From an uncultured bacterium (GTDB lineage Bacteria; Oederibacteriota; PGYV01; CAWJRG01), in the NCBI GenBank assembly GCA_963845185.1, contig CAWJRG010000009.1, positions 936,315-1,000,314 on the forward strand: a stretch of 64,000 nucleotides of DNA, written 5' to 3'. Positions 19,272 to 29,702 of this stretch are shown here, piece by piece. The position numbers and the translations under genes are program-made. Positions within the stretch are counted from its first letter, which is position 1; every line of letters begins with the position of its first letter. The notes below the pieces were generated by a model. It saw nothing but the letters and a program-made list of their open reading frames with translations. It was not told the origin of the DNA and did not search any database.

Positions 19272-21106
19272 TTTTGTTTTTTTCCATTGATCTCGGAAAG
19301 CATCTTTTCAATATCCTCTCCTTCAATAACCTCCTTTTCAAGCAATGTAGTGGCCAGTTTATCCATCAATTTTTTGTTTTTAATCAATATGGATTTTGCG
19401 CTGTCAAATGCTTCCGAAACGATATCTTTTACTTCTTCGTCTATAAGTTCCGCCGTTTCATCGCTGTAATTTTTTTCTTTCAGGAGGTCCTTGCCTATAA
19501 ATACCTCAGCACTATTTTTGCCATATGTAATGGCGCCAAGCTTGTCGCTCATGCCGTATTCGCATACCATTTTATGTGCAATTTCCGTGGCGTGCTCAAT
19601 ATCGTTACTCGCTCCGGTTGATATTTCTTTAAAAACAATCACTTCGGCAGCCCTGCCTCCAAGCATGACTTTAATGTTGTCAAGCATCTCTTTTTTTGTT
19701 GCCAAGAACCTGTCTTCAGTCGGCAGTTGCAGCGTATATCCGAGAGCATGATATCCTCTCGGTATAATAGAAATTTTATGTACTGGATTTGTGCCGGGAA
19801 GAAATTTTGCGACAAGGGCATGGCCTGATTCATGATATGCAATGATTTTTTTCTCCTTGTCTGAAATTATCCTGCTTTTTCTTTGCGGACCTGCTATCAC
19901 ACGATCAATCGATTCCTCAAGATCAGACATTTCAATTTCTTTTTTGTTGCGCCGCGCAGCCAAAAGCGCCGCTTCATTTGCCAGATTTGCCAGGTCCGCG
20001 CCCGTAAACCCCGATGTACGCCTTGCGATAATTGATAGATCCACGCTTTTGGCCAGTGTAAGTTTTCTTGTGTGGATTTTCAATATCCCTTCCCTGCCCT
20101 TCAAATCTGCCCTGTCAACCACAACCTGCCTATCAAATCTGCCCGGCCTTATAAGAGCAGGATCAAGTATATCAGGCCTGTTGGTAGCTGCTATTATTAT
20201 TACCCCTGTATTCGCTTCGAATCCGTCCATTTCCACAAGCAACGCATTTAAAGTTTGTTCTCTTTCGTCATGCCCACCGCCAAGTCCAGCACCCCTATAC
20301 CTGCCTACAGCATCAATTTCATCTATAAATATTATACATGGCGCACTTCTTTTTCCCTGCTCAAATAAGTCCCTCACGCGCGCGGCACCCACTCCTACAA
20401 ACATTTCAACAAAATCCGAACCCGATATTGTAAAAAACGGAACCCCTGCTTCGCCTGCTATCGCCCTAGCAAGAAGGGTTTTCCCTGAACCTGGAGGCCC
20501 TAAAAGTAACACACCTTTTGGTATTTTTCCACCAAGTTTTTGAAACTTTTTTGGATCCTTTAAAAAATCAATTATTTCAGATAACTCTTCCTTTGCTTCG
20601 TCAATCCCGGCTACATCTTCAAAAGTTACTTTGCCTCCGCCCGGTTGCTGCAATTTTGCTTTGCTTTTGGCAAAATTGATTGCCCCACCTGCTCCTCCCT
20701 GTGCTTTGCTGAATATAAATATCCATATTACCAGTATTAATATTATCGGCCCCCAAGAGAAGAAAAAATTTGCAAGAAAATTACTAAATCCACCCGGAAC
20801 CTTTGCCGTCATCTTAACATTATGGTCGCGAAGAATCTGGTAAAAAGCAGTATCATTTGCAGGCGCAAGTGTTGTAAATTTAGTATCATCTATTTTTGAA
20901 CCTTGCACTTCGGTTATATTAGTATCTTTTTGCATCATATTTATTTCTTTAACTTTATCTGCTTTTACCTGGTCAATGAATTCCGAGTACCCTAATTTTT
21001 GCGGAGTTGCTTTTTCAATAGAAGGTACCAAGGAATTAAAAAGCCATATAACAGTTATAATTAAAAATATCCAAAAAGTTATTGAAAGTTTTGTGTCATT
21101 TCTCAA
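19268..21106 (-). CDS. ftsH: ATP-dependent zinc metalloprotease FtsH
   Basis: Two TMs, [25 protein letters not shown]; start placed at TTG 21106 behind AAGGAGG. Confidence 0.98.
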   Translation of the reverse strand: MRNDTKLSITFWIFLIITVIWLFNSLVPSIEKATPQKLGYSEFIDQVKADKVKEINMMQKDTNITEVQGSKIDDTKFTTLAPANDTAFYQILRDHNVKMTAKVPGGFSNFLANFFFSWGPIILILVIWIFIFSKAQGGAGGAINFAKSKAKLQQPGGGKVTFEDVAGIDEAKEELSEIIDFLKDPKKFQKLGGKIPKGVLLLGPPGSGKTLLARAIAGEAGVPFFTISGSDFVEMFVGVGAARVRDLFEQGKRSAPCIIFIDEIDAVGRYRGAGLGGGHDEREQTLNALLVEMDGFEANTGVIIIAATNRPDILDPALIRPGRFDRQVVVDRADLKGREGILKIHTRKLTLAKSVDLSIIARRTSGFTGADLANLANEAALLAARRNKKEIEMSDLEESIDRVIAGPQRKSRIISDKEKKIIAYHESGHALVAKFLPGTNPVHKISIIPRGYHALGYTLQLPTEDRFLATKKEMLDNIKVMLGGRAAEVIVFKEISTGASNDIEHATEIAHKMVCEYGMSDKLGAITYGKNSAEVFIGKDLLKEKNYSDETAELIDEEVKDIVSEAFDSAKSILIKNKKLMDKLATTLLEKEVIEGEDIEKMLSEINGKKQK

Positions 21107-21344
21107 CGGAAAGCCTCCTTTAATAGGCAAAAATTAATAGACAAACTTGGGATTTTTAAAGCGTCACCTTTAACATGCCCTTTTTGCTAATACAATACAA
21201 CTAATTTATACACTATTTTTAAAAATCTGTAAAGAAAAAATATCAAATGTACCATTGAGTAAAATTTACATTTGTTTTTAAGCAGATTATAAATTTGGAA
21301 TGTTTTTCCCTAAAAAACAACACCTGCATCATATAACTGCTTTA

Positions 21345-21842
21345 TTACTCTCCCGAAACTTCTTTAATTTCACCTGATAACTTTATTTTTAATATATCAT
21401 ATTTGTCAGATTCATTTTTGACTATATTATCAAGCACTCCGTTGATAAAACTGCCTGATTTTTCATCCCCGAATTTTTTCGCAAGTTCTATTGCCTCGTT
21501 TATTGTAACCTTATAGGGAATATCTTTTCTGTATAAAAGTTCTGCCAGGCCAAGCCGTAGTATATTCCTGTCAATGGAAAGTATCCTGTCGTATTTCCAA
21601 TTTTTTAAATAATTGGGTATTATCAGATCAAGTTCTTTAAGGTTTTCAAGCACAAGTTGGACAAGTTCTTTTGAAAATTCTTTGGATTTCCCCAAAAAGC
21701 CATCCTGTGTGTTATCCTCATCTTCGGTCAAAAAATTGTAATTTTCTATAAATTCTTCAATTTCCTGCCATGATTTATTTGCGATATCAACCTGATACAG
21801 ACTTTGAAGTGCTATAATTCTTCCCGCATGCCGGATTCCCAT
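21345..21842 (-). CDS. nusB: Transcription antitermination factor NusB
   Basis: [33 protein letters not shown]. Confidence 0.96.
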   Translation of the reverse strand: MGIRHAGRIIALQSLYQVDIANKSWQEIEEFIENYNFLTEDEDNTQDGFLGKSKEFSKELVQLVLENLKELDLIIPNYLKNWKYDRILSIDRNILRLGLAELLYRKDIPYKVTINEAIELAKKFGDEKSGSFINGVLDNIVKNESDKYDILKIKLSGEIKEVSGE

Positions 21843-21848
21843 TATTCT

Positions 21849-22313
21849 TTATTTCATGCTGTCAAAAAGGCTTGTCATTTCAAGTACGCTTAAAACTGCA
21901 TCCCTACCCTTGTTTCCGCTTTTCATTCCTGCCCTGTCCATTGCCTGCTCTGCGGAATCCGCGGTTATTATTCCGAAACCTATAGGAATTCCTGTGCTGA
22001 TGCTCTGACTCGCTATGCCTTTGGCTGTCTCCGATGCTATAAAATCAAAATGCGGTGTATCGCCCCTTATTATCACGCCTAGGGCCACAACGCCGTCATA
22101 TTTTGACTTTTTCAGTATATTTGCTATGGCATTCGGTATTTCAAAAGAACCCGGTGTCCAATAAACATCAAGCAAATCATCTGTTACGCCGTGCTTAAAG
22201 AAACAATCCATGGCACCTTCAAGTAGGCTCTTACTCAATAATTCATTAAACCTGGAAATTACTATGGCAAACTTTTTACCTTTACCTATAAGCGAACCTT
22301 TAAATTCTTTCAT
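21849..22313 (-). CDS. ribH: 6,7-dimethyl-8-ribityllumazine synthase
   Basis: SRFNE, PGSFEIP, GVIIRGDTPHFD, GNKG. Confidence 0.97.
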   Translation of the reverse strand: MKEFKGSLIGKGKKFAIVISRFNELLSKSLLEGAMDCFFKHGVTDDLLDVYWTPGSFEIPNAIANILKKSKYDGVVALGVIIRGDTPHFDFIASETAKGIASQSISTGIPIGFGIITADSAEQAMDRAGMKSGNKGRDAVLSVLEMTSLFDSMK

Positions 22314-22493
22314 GTTAATGCCTCCTAAACTAGATTTTTAAATAAAATAACTTATTGGCAAGTATTATAAGGTATATATAATTGACAGTCAAGCGCTTAT
22401 ATCGCGCTTGTAAAAAACTATTATTGTGACAGTTCTTTCATAATTTTCCAAAGTTGGATGAAAAGATTAAAAACATATAATTCCAATAAATAC

Positions 22494-23519
22494 CTATGTA
22501 CTCGCCCTTATAACCAGTCTTGGCTCGAGTATAATTTTTTTTGGCTTAGTCTCCCTTCCCTCTATTGTATCGACAAGCATTTTGAATGCTTCCTTTCCCA
22601 TATCCTCTACTGGTTGATGTATTGTAGTAAGCGCTGGTTTTGATATAGATGCCATATTTATATCATCATAACCAACCAAAGCAATATCTTTTGGTATATT
22701 TAATCCAATTCTATTCGCTTCATCAATCACACCCATCGCAACAACATCGCCAGCCGCGCAAAATATGGCATCAATACTAGTCTTCCTTCTTACCATATCC
22801 GCCAAAGCACTTACACCTTCCTTAAAAGCATATTCCCTGACCTCAATCACTTTATCCAAATCAAAAGGCAAGTTGCGATCTGCAAGCGCTTGCTTGTATC
22901 CGTTAAATCTTTGCAGAGGGGTAATCCCTACTCCTTCACCTTTCATCTGGCCTATAATAACACCTATGTTTTTCCTGCCTTTATTAATCAGGTGCTCTGT
23001 GGCAAGATAACCGCCTTTGTAGCTGTCAATTGTAATACTGTGGAAACCCTCGGCTTCTTCGTCGATAAACACAACAGGAACATTGTTGGACACGCAAATC
23101 TTCCAAATCTTCCTTGTCAAATTTTAAGAACATGGAAATTATTCCATCAGCAGTTGTTTCAGATAAAACAGACTGGATAAACTCTTTTTTTTCTGGTCGT
23201 TCCCGTGGGTTGAATATTGGTTTATCGAGTATTTATGGCCCATTTGAATATTTTGTAGTTCAAAACCGTTCATAAGATAGACTTCATAAAAAGAAAACGA
23301 ACTCATGTACGCCGTGACAATTGCGACAGTTTCTGTTTTTCTCTCATTGTACGCTTCGGCTGTTGAATCCGAACTGTTTGTCAGTGTATTGACTGCATTG
23401 ACTACTTTTAATTTTATTTCTTCCGGAACCGTCGCGTCGTCATTTAAAACTTTCAACACTTCATCCTCAGTTACACCAGCTTTTCTCGCTATCTGCCTTA
23501 ATGTTGACCTCATGTGCAC
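22494..23519 (-). pseudogene. LacI-family regulator split by two compensating single-base indels (pseudogene or assembly error)
   Basis: ORFs 23139-23519 and 22494-23120 share a frame; the intervening alternative frame EFIQSVLSETTADGIISMFLKFDKEDL aligns without gaps to the paralog at 11817-12662. Confidence 0.8.
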
Positions 23520-23532
23520 TGTTTCTCCAATA

Positions 23533-26500
23533 TCATTTTAATATAATAATCTTGTCTACCTTGGATCTTGCTTTCAACCCGCCTTTTTCAGCTATCACTA
23601 CATAATAATATGTCCCGGCACTGAAGTCAATAAAATTGCTTCTGTCATATTGTAAAATAATACCATCTCCAACTTTTTCCATTTCTGTTCCATCAATTGT
23701 CTTTTCCCTTATCAGTCTGTAAGCGACCGTATATATTCTCAGTGTTATTTTGTCTATATCGTTAGGCATTACGTTAACTGCTATTTTTAAAGACTCTATC
23801 ACGGGATTAATTGGGTTTGGATAGGGCTTTATGTTACCTATGGTCAGCGTTCCTGTCTGTTCCATTGTAGCCGCAACCACAGGCGTTGGAGTGCTTGTGT
23901 CAGTAACGCCAGTTGTCGCTATCGTTATTGTTGTCATTGTCGCTGTTGCTGTAACCGCTACTGTCACTGTATTTGTTACTGTCACTGTTTCTATCATTGT
24001 AACTGTATTTGTCATTGTAACTGTTGCTGTCGTGCATGTAAATGAGTTGCTCGACACTTCAACGCTTGTCATGGTAGCTCCGTCCACCGCATCCATACCG
24101 CTTGCAGTCCCATTGAATGTTATATTGCTGCATATTGCAACAGTATATACCCACGTGAACGATGCTTGTGAACTTCCTGCTATTGCCGTGCTTACAGGGT
24201 TTGGTCCGCTTGCCAGAATAGCAGCTCCTCCGCCAGATTGCGATAACCCTGATGGTACTACATTAAACGCTGTGTTTAAGCCCGTGTTTACTACCTGCAT
24301 AATTACTATTATATCCTGACCGTTTCCAGCGCTAGTAGGTGATATCGTTATATTTGCTACAAGGTTTATAGCTATGGTTGGTGTTACGGTGGGAGTGTTT
24401 GTCGCTGTATCAACCTGAGTATTTGTCAACGTATTAACCGGTGTATTTGTTTCTGTATTAATCGGGGTATTTGTTATTGTATTAGCCAATGTATTTGTCG
24501 TTGTAATAGTCAATGTATTTGTTGCAGTATCACTCGTCGTATAAGACGGTGTATTTGTTATTGTTTCTGTCGGAGTTAACGTATTTGTAATTGTTATTGT
24601 CGGCGATATGGTGAATGTTTGCGTAATTGTCCATGTGAATACTATATTAGTAAATGTCGGCGTAGGCGACACATTTGGCGAATTAGTAAATGTTGGTGTA
24701 ATTGTCAATGTAAAAGTCAATGTTATTGTGAATGAAGGCGTGATTGTCGGAGTATTTGTAAATGTATTTGTCCTTGTAACCGTAAACGTAGGCGTCCCCG
24801 TGCTTGTGCCTGTTGGCAATGGTGTGTTTGTTCCTGTCGCTGTTAAAGTTACCGTGTTCTGTGGTGTGTTTGTACTAGTTAAAGTAACTGTATATGTCGG
24901 TGTGTCTGTTACTGTAATTGTCGGCGTTATTGTGTATGTGGGAGTAATCGTTGCCGATATTATCACCACTGTATAAGTCAATGTTATCGTGTATGTCGGC
25001 GTATGCGTGCTTGTCGGTGTATTTGTAGGTGTATCTGTCCTTGTAGTAGTAAATGTAGGCGTATTTGTGAATGTATTCACCACTGTGTTTGTCAACGTCT
25101 CGGTAACTGTATATGTAGTTGTAAATGTCCTTGTATAAGTGAGCGAAGGAGTAATTGATATCGTTATTGTAGCTGTATTCACCGGCGTATTTGTCCATGT
25201 CAAAGTTACTGTATATGTATATGTCGACGTATAAGTAGGAGTATTTGTCTCTGTAAATGTCCTTGTCTCAGTAAGCGTAGGCGTCCCTGTATTTGATCCT
25301 GTTGGCAGTGGTGTATTTGTCATAGTTATTGTCGGAGATATTGTGAATGTTTGCGTAATTGTCCAAGTGAATACTATATTGGTATATGTAGGTGTTGGCG
25401 ATACCACAGGTGAATTGGTAATTGTTGGAGTAACTGTTCTTGTAAAAGTCAATGTTGCTGTAAAGGAAGCTGTATTTGTCGCAGTGAATGTCAGAGTCGC
25501 CGTGCTTGTATCTGTCATCGTGCCTGTACTTGAAGGCGTAGCCGTTTTTGTAAAAGTAGGCGTTGAACTAATCGAATATGTAAATGTTGGAGAAACAGTC
25601 AACGTAGGCGTAGCCGTAAGAGTTGCTGTTTCTGTTGGCGTAGCCGTTTTTGTCATAGTACCTGTTAAAGTGTAAGTTAATGTTGCAGTCCTTGTCTGAG
25701 TCTGCGTTGAACTCGCAGAAAGCGTATAAGTAAATGTTGGCGTGCTCGTGCCAGTAATTGTTTGAGTTGTTGTCAGGCTGGGTGTAAAAGTTGTAGTACG
25801 TGACAAAAACACCGTGTTGGTTATAGTCTGAGTCGACGTCTGTGTGTATGTAGTTGTAGCAGTGTACGAACAGGAAGGCGTTATTGTGCTTGTCGGCGAA
25901 GATGTAAATGTAAAGCTTGGATTCGTAGTAGAAGAATAAGTCGGCGTCTGGCTGAATGTTAAAGTGCTGGTCCTTGTAGATGTCGGCGATGCTGTAGTTG
26001 TGGCAGTTATTGTCCTGCTTGGAGTATTTGTTAGCGTATACGAAGGCGTGACTGTCATCGTGAATGTCGGATATTGCGTGTTAGTTATGGTAGATGAAGC
26101 TGCCATTGTCTTTGTGGCTGTGACGGTTACCGTGCATACTGTACTCATATCCGTGATTTCTATTGCCGAGAATTTCGGGTCGTCTGTAATGTTTGTGGTT
26201 GTTATGTCAATTACGCCGGTTGTCACATTTACGTAATATGACTGCTCATAAGCAATGTACTCTCCACCTGTCACAGCGACTATATCAAAATTGGAAAGTA
26301 TCTGCTGTCCCTCAAGAAAAACATTAAACACTCGCTGCCCTGTATTCGCATAGTTAATCTCGGCCCACATGAGCCGCACCTTGTAAGGACCATTTTTTAC
26401 CGTAAACCTGTATTCAAGTGCCGAGCCCCAGTGCCCTGTCTGGTAAAGGTTCTGATCCACAGTATTTGAAATGGCATGAGTTGTCGCTGTTTCCGCCGAC

Positions 26501-29007
26501 CCTCCCATATATCCCCAGCCGCCGGTTGTAAAAGCCTGATCAGCTGACCATGTCCTTCCCTGCGAATCCTGCACTGCGACTGTGCTGCCGCAGTCAACCC
26601 TTATCAGTGATGTCCCGCACGGGTTTATCGTTGGCGTCACTGTAGGCGATAGTGTTTTTGTCGGCGTTAATGTCGCCGTGTCCGTAGGCAGCGGTGTGCA
26701 TGTGCCTCCGGCGCACGTGGATGGCAGCAGGTCGTAAGCCTGCTTACACGCCCATACTGTCGATCCTCTCATGTAATAATATGCCCTTATGTTTGCGACG
26801 CCTGTGGTCCATGCCTCAGGTGTCCTGAACCAGAACTGTGATGTGTTCCATATTGTGTTAAACATGCTCTGTCCTATTGCGGACGCCTGCGTTGCCATGC
26901 CCTGCTGCAACATGCCTGCAACCACTCCCCACGATGTCCCAACCCAGCTTTCCTGGCTCTGCGATGTCGATGTGTCTATCGCGCCTGCCGAAGTCATAAC
27001 ATTTACTATGTCATGCGCGCCTGCATCGTATTTTAAAAAGTTGTTGTTATAAACCGTCTGCCACGCTGTCTGTGCGTTTGCGTCTGTCACTATACCACCT
27101 AACCCTAGCGCTTTTGAGTACCACTGGCCGCACAACTGGTCGCTCATAATCCTTGTCGGAGCTGTGCTTCCTGTGTCTATCTGGTAGTATGAGCCTGTCC
27201 ATAACTCAGACTGGAAATTAGGTTGCGCCGTGTTATACCAGGCCTGGTAAGTGGCAGCAGAAGTTGTGTCTCCCTCGGCCGTAGCTATCTTTACAGCAGC
27301 CTGGCATGCCGCAAGGAACAGGCTTCCGCAATAAGCTGTGGTTCCAGTGAGTCCCAGGTTGTCATAGGTTTGGTCTACGCCGCTTGATTGCGGCAATCCG
27401 TCAGTGCCGCACTCGCTGTGCACTTTATTCATGGCAGTCTGTACCGATTTATAGCAGTAATTTAAAAATGTAGTATCAGAATCCCCCGTCAAATGATAAT
27501 CCCTGTATACCATAAGTACAAATTTTGAGTTTAAGTCCTTCCATGTCGTTGAATCCCTAAAAGTATAGTCGTTCCATTTCTCAAATACATCATTAGGGTT
27601 GCCGAAATCATGCGCGCATGTGCCAAGCGGTGTGGGCCTGTCTGTCCTTGTGGTATATATGCTATCTGAAAACTGCCTGACTGCCTGCTTGTCAATATCC
27701 GGCCAGTTTAAAAAAAGCGCCCACGATCCGTAAAAACGTACGTCAGAGGTTCCGTAAAATTCATAAATATATGATTCCAAATGTGAAAACATGCTTTCTC
27801 CCGAAGTCGTAGCCTGGCCTGAAGCCCCTCCCGCCTCCCAGATAGTGCCGCCGGTAAAATAAATATATAGTTCGTTAAAAAGCATTGTCTTGAGCCAGTC
27901 CGGGTAGTAGGCGTTGGTTAATATGCCGCTTTGCCATGTATCTATCTGCGATTCATAGCTCGCACAGTTTGTGAGCGCGTCCTGTGCTATTGTCCAGGCC
28001 GCCCTGCCTGTCTGCCCGAAATATTTTGTGTACTGCCTCCACCATAGATACCCTGTGCCCGGCTGAGCAAGAGGTATATCCCATGCCAGTACTATCGGTA
28101 TCCTTACATTCTGTCCCGGCGCAAGTGTAATCTTAAACGCGATTGCGCCTATTGTGTTGGCTCCTCCAGTGTTCGCGAGAGTGCCGTTTGTAGAAAACGC
28201 AGTCTCTATCGTGGTTACTGCAGCGGCAGACATCGCCGTCACGGTCACGCCTGACCCGTTTATTGACCCCAGTGCAAATTGCCCCTGATTCGCCGCAGTA
28301 GGAGTTCCTGTGCCAGTCCAGTCAAGCAGTATGCCGGTAAAATTCCCTGAGTTCACCACGGTCGCGGATACGCCTGAATAGTTATTCTGCCATGTGAGCA
28401 TTATAGCCGCATCCATGCTCTGCGAAGTCGGGTTTGTCAAATCCCAGTAATATATCCCTTCCGGATAACTTACTCTTTGGTAATCCCCGGGTATGATAGG
28501 CGAGAACTGTGTCACGCGGGATAGCACTGTAAATTTACTGCCGTGATAATCAACCCAAGCTTTGGGAAAAAGCGAGTAATAAGTTGCCTGGCCGCTGCCG
28601 AGAGTCGCAGCATCAAGCTGTGTCATGGTTGCTGTACCGCTCGAGGTAGGTTTCTGGTAAAGAAAAAATCTGGCTGTAGCATCGTCTGTAAATGTGATGG
28701 TGTCTGTACCTGCTCCCGAACCCACTCCTGCGATGTTAAGCCTGTCTTTATAAAAAATACCGTTGAATTTCCATGTCACAGTCCCTGCTCCAAATCCGCC
28801 TATTGGCGCGCCATCAAGATATCCTCCTGCATTAATATCTCGGCTCCATGCCTGGCCCGGAATCGTGGCTGCGGCATTTAAATTACAATTAAATATAAAC
28901 AATACAATAAATATGAAAATACATTTATTATTAATATGATTTATTGAAAAAAAACTGTAATCCAATATATGCTTAAATTTATAAGCAAATTTTCTTATTT
29001 GTTTCAT
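23533..29007 (-). CDS. Secreted GH116 beta-glycosidase with malectin domain, long Thr-rich stalk, Ig-like domain and T9SS-like C-terminal domain
   Basis: GAPIGGFGAG, HLESYIYEFYGTSDVRFYGS, WKDLNSKF, DQTYD, FRTPEAW (GH116); IRVDCG...WAEI...RVFNV...FDI (malectin); PYPNP...IYT...GTYYYVV...KIIILK. Confidence 0.9.
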   Translation of the reverse strand: MKQIRKFAYKFKHILDYSFFSINHINNKCIFIFIVLFIFNCNLNAAATIPGQAWSRDINAGGYLDGAPIGGFGAGTVTWKFNGIFYKDRLNIAGVGSGAGTDTITFTDDATARFFLYQKPTSSGTATMTQLDAATLGSGQATYYSLFPKAWVDYHGSKFTVLSRVTQFSPIIPGDYQRVSYPEGIYYWDLTNPTSQSMDAAIMLTWQNNYSGVSATVVNSGNFTGILLDWTGTGTPTAANQGQFALGSINGSGVTVTAMSAAAVTTIETAFSTNGTLANTGGANTIGAIAFKITLAPGQNVRIPIVLAWDIPLAQPGTGYLWWRQYTKYFGQTGRAAWTIAQDALTNCASYESQIDTWQSGILTNAYYPDWLKTMLFNELYIYFTGGTIWEAGGASGQATTSGESMFSHLESYIYEFYGTSDVRFYGSWALFLNWPDIDKQAVRQFSDSIYTTRTDRPTPLGTCAHDFGNPNDVFEKWNDYTFRDSTTWKDLNSKFVLMVYRDYHLTGDSDTTFLNYCYKSVQTAMNKVHSECGTDGLPQSSGVDQTYDNLGLTGTTAYCGSLFLAACQAAVKIATAEGDTTSAATYQAWYNTAQPNFQSELWTGSYYQIDTGSTAPTRIMSDQLCGQWYSKALGLGGIVTDANAQTAWQTVYNNNFLKYDAGAHDIVNVMTSAGAIDTSTSQSQESWVGTSWGVVAGMLQQGMATQASAIGQSMFNTIWNTSQFWFRTPEAWTTGVANIRAYYYMRGSTVWACKQAYDLLPSTCAGGTCTPLPTDTATLTPTKTLSPTVTPTINPCGTSLIRVDCGSTVAVQDSQGRTWSADQAFTTGGWGYMGGSAETATTHAISNTVDQNLYQTGHWGSALEYRFTVKNGPYKVRLMWAEINYANTGQRVFNVFLEGQQILSNFDIVAVTGGEYIAYEQSYYVNVTTGVIDITTTNITDDPKFSAIEITDMSTVCTVTVTATKTMAASSTITNTQYPTFTMTVTPSYTLTNTPSRTITATTTASPTSTRTSTLTFSQTPTYSSTTNPSFTFTSSPTSTITPSCSYTATTTYTQTSTQTITNTVFLSRTTTFTPSLTTTQTITGTSTPTFTYTLSASSTQTQTRTATLTYTLTGTMTKTATPTETATLTATPTLTVSPTFTYSISSTPTFTKTATPSSTGTMTDTSTATLTFTATNTASFTATLTFTRTVTPTITNSPVVSPTPTYTNIVFTWTITQTFTISPTITMTNTPLPTGSNTGTPTLTETRTFTETNTPTYTSTYTYTVTLTWTNTPVNTATITISITPSLTYTRTFTTTYTVTETLTNTVVNTFTNTPTFTTTRTDTPTNTPTSTHTPTYTITLTYTVVIISATITPTYTITPTITVTDTPTYTVTLTSTNTPQNTVTLTATGTNTPLPTGTSTGTPTFTVTRTNTFTNTPTITPSFTITLTFTLTITPTFTNSPNVSPTPTFTNIVFTWTITQTFTISPTITITNTLTPTETITNTPSYTTSDTATNTLTITTTNTLANTITNTPINTETNTPVNTLTNTQVDTATNTPTVTPTIAINLVANITISPTSAGNGQDIIVIMQVVNTGLNTAFNVVPSGLSQSGGGAAILASGPNPVSTAIAGSSQASFTWVYTVAICSNITFNGTASGMDAVDGATMTSVEVSSNSFTCTTATVTMTNTVTMIETVTVTNTVTVAVTATATMTTITIATTGVTDTSTPTPVVAATMEQTGTLTIGNIKPYPNPINPVIESLKIAVNVMPNDIDKITLRIYTVAYRLIREKTIDGTEMEKVGDGIILQYDRSNFIDFSAGTYYYVVIAEKGGLKARSKVDKIIILK
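24375..26140 (-). repeat. Low-complexity (T-x)n coding tract with internal duplications
   Basis: About 590 codons with Thr at most alternating positions; TNIVFTWTITQTFTISPTIT occurs twice and TNTPLPTG..TGTPT twice. Boundaries approximate. Confidence 0.9.
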
Positions 29008-29419
29008 CGATTTTACACTCGCCTTTTCTCAATATGGGATAGCGTTTCAAAACCATTATCGTTATTAACATTATAATTAATACAAGCAATTAAATCAAGT
29101 TTTTATTTTTTTTCTTGTTTATTAGACAAAATTTTTCTTATAAAGTTTCGTTTTTCTGATTTTAATCGATAAAATCAATTTGAAAAATCATACTTTTGTT
29201 ATAATAAGCTACAATTTGCTCAAAGCAATGATTTTTAAGATTTATAATAAAATATTTTATTTCTTATTTTACGGTTAATTCCCTTCTTAACCAAAAAACC
29301 ATATATAATTATTTTTATAAAAATAATTATTGACTTTTGTTTAAAAAGTGTTATAAATATTTTATAACTTAGGGTTATTTAAACTCTAAGATTTTTCATT
29401 TTTAGGAGGTAGTAGATTT

Positions 29420-29623
29420 ATGGTACAAGGTAAAGTGAAATGGTTCAATGAAAAGAAAGGCTACGGTTTCATTGAGCGGGAGGGTGGCAAAGATGTGTTC
29501 GTGCATTACCAGGCTATTAATCAGGACGGATTCAAAACTTTAAAAGAAGGAGAAGTTGTCACATTTGACATCGTAGAAGGCGCAAAAGGTCCTCAAGCAG
29601 CAAATGTCGTAAGGGCAAAATAA
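29420..29623 (+). CDS. Cold-shock protein (CspA family)
   Basis: GKVKWFN, KGYGFI (RNP1), DVFVHY (RNP2), GPQAANV; AGGAGG RBS. Confidence 0.98.
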   Translation: MVQGKVKWFNEKKGYGFIEREGGKDVFVHYQAINQDGFKTLKEGEVVTFDIVEGAKGPQAANVVRAK

Positions 29624-29642
29624 GCTCTTACTGTAGCCATAT

Positions 29643-29673
29643 AAAGCCCGGCGTTGAACGCCGGGCTTTTTTT
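29643..29673 (+). terminator. Intrinsic terminator
   Basis: AAAGCCCGGCGT-TGA-ACGCCGGGCTTT followed by a T run, between convergent genes. Confidence 0.92.
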
Positions 29674-29702
29674 ATTTATCGTTTATTTTCAAAACGCAAA
29701 AA

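Noticed and set aside
22314..22493. FMN riboswitch upstream of ribH
   Set aside because: AT-rich spacer without the conserved FMN aptamer motifs; only a 7-bp inverted repeat CAAGCGC/GCGCTTG.
29030..29055. LacI operator upstream of the GH116 gene
   Set aside because: GGATAGCGTTTCAA is only weakly symmetric about the CG and is not repeated near the other LacI gene.
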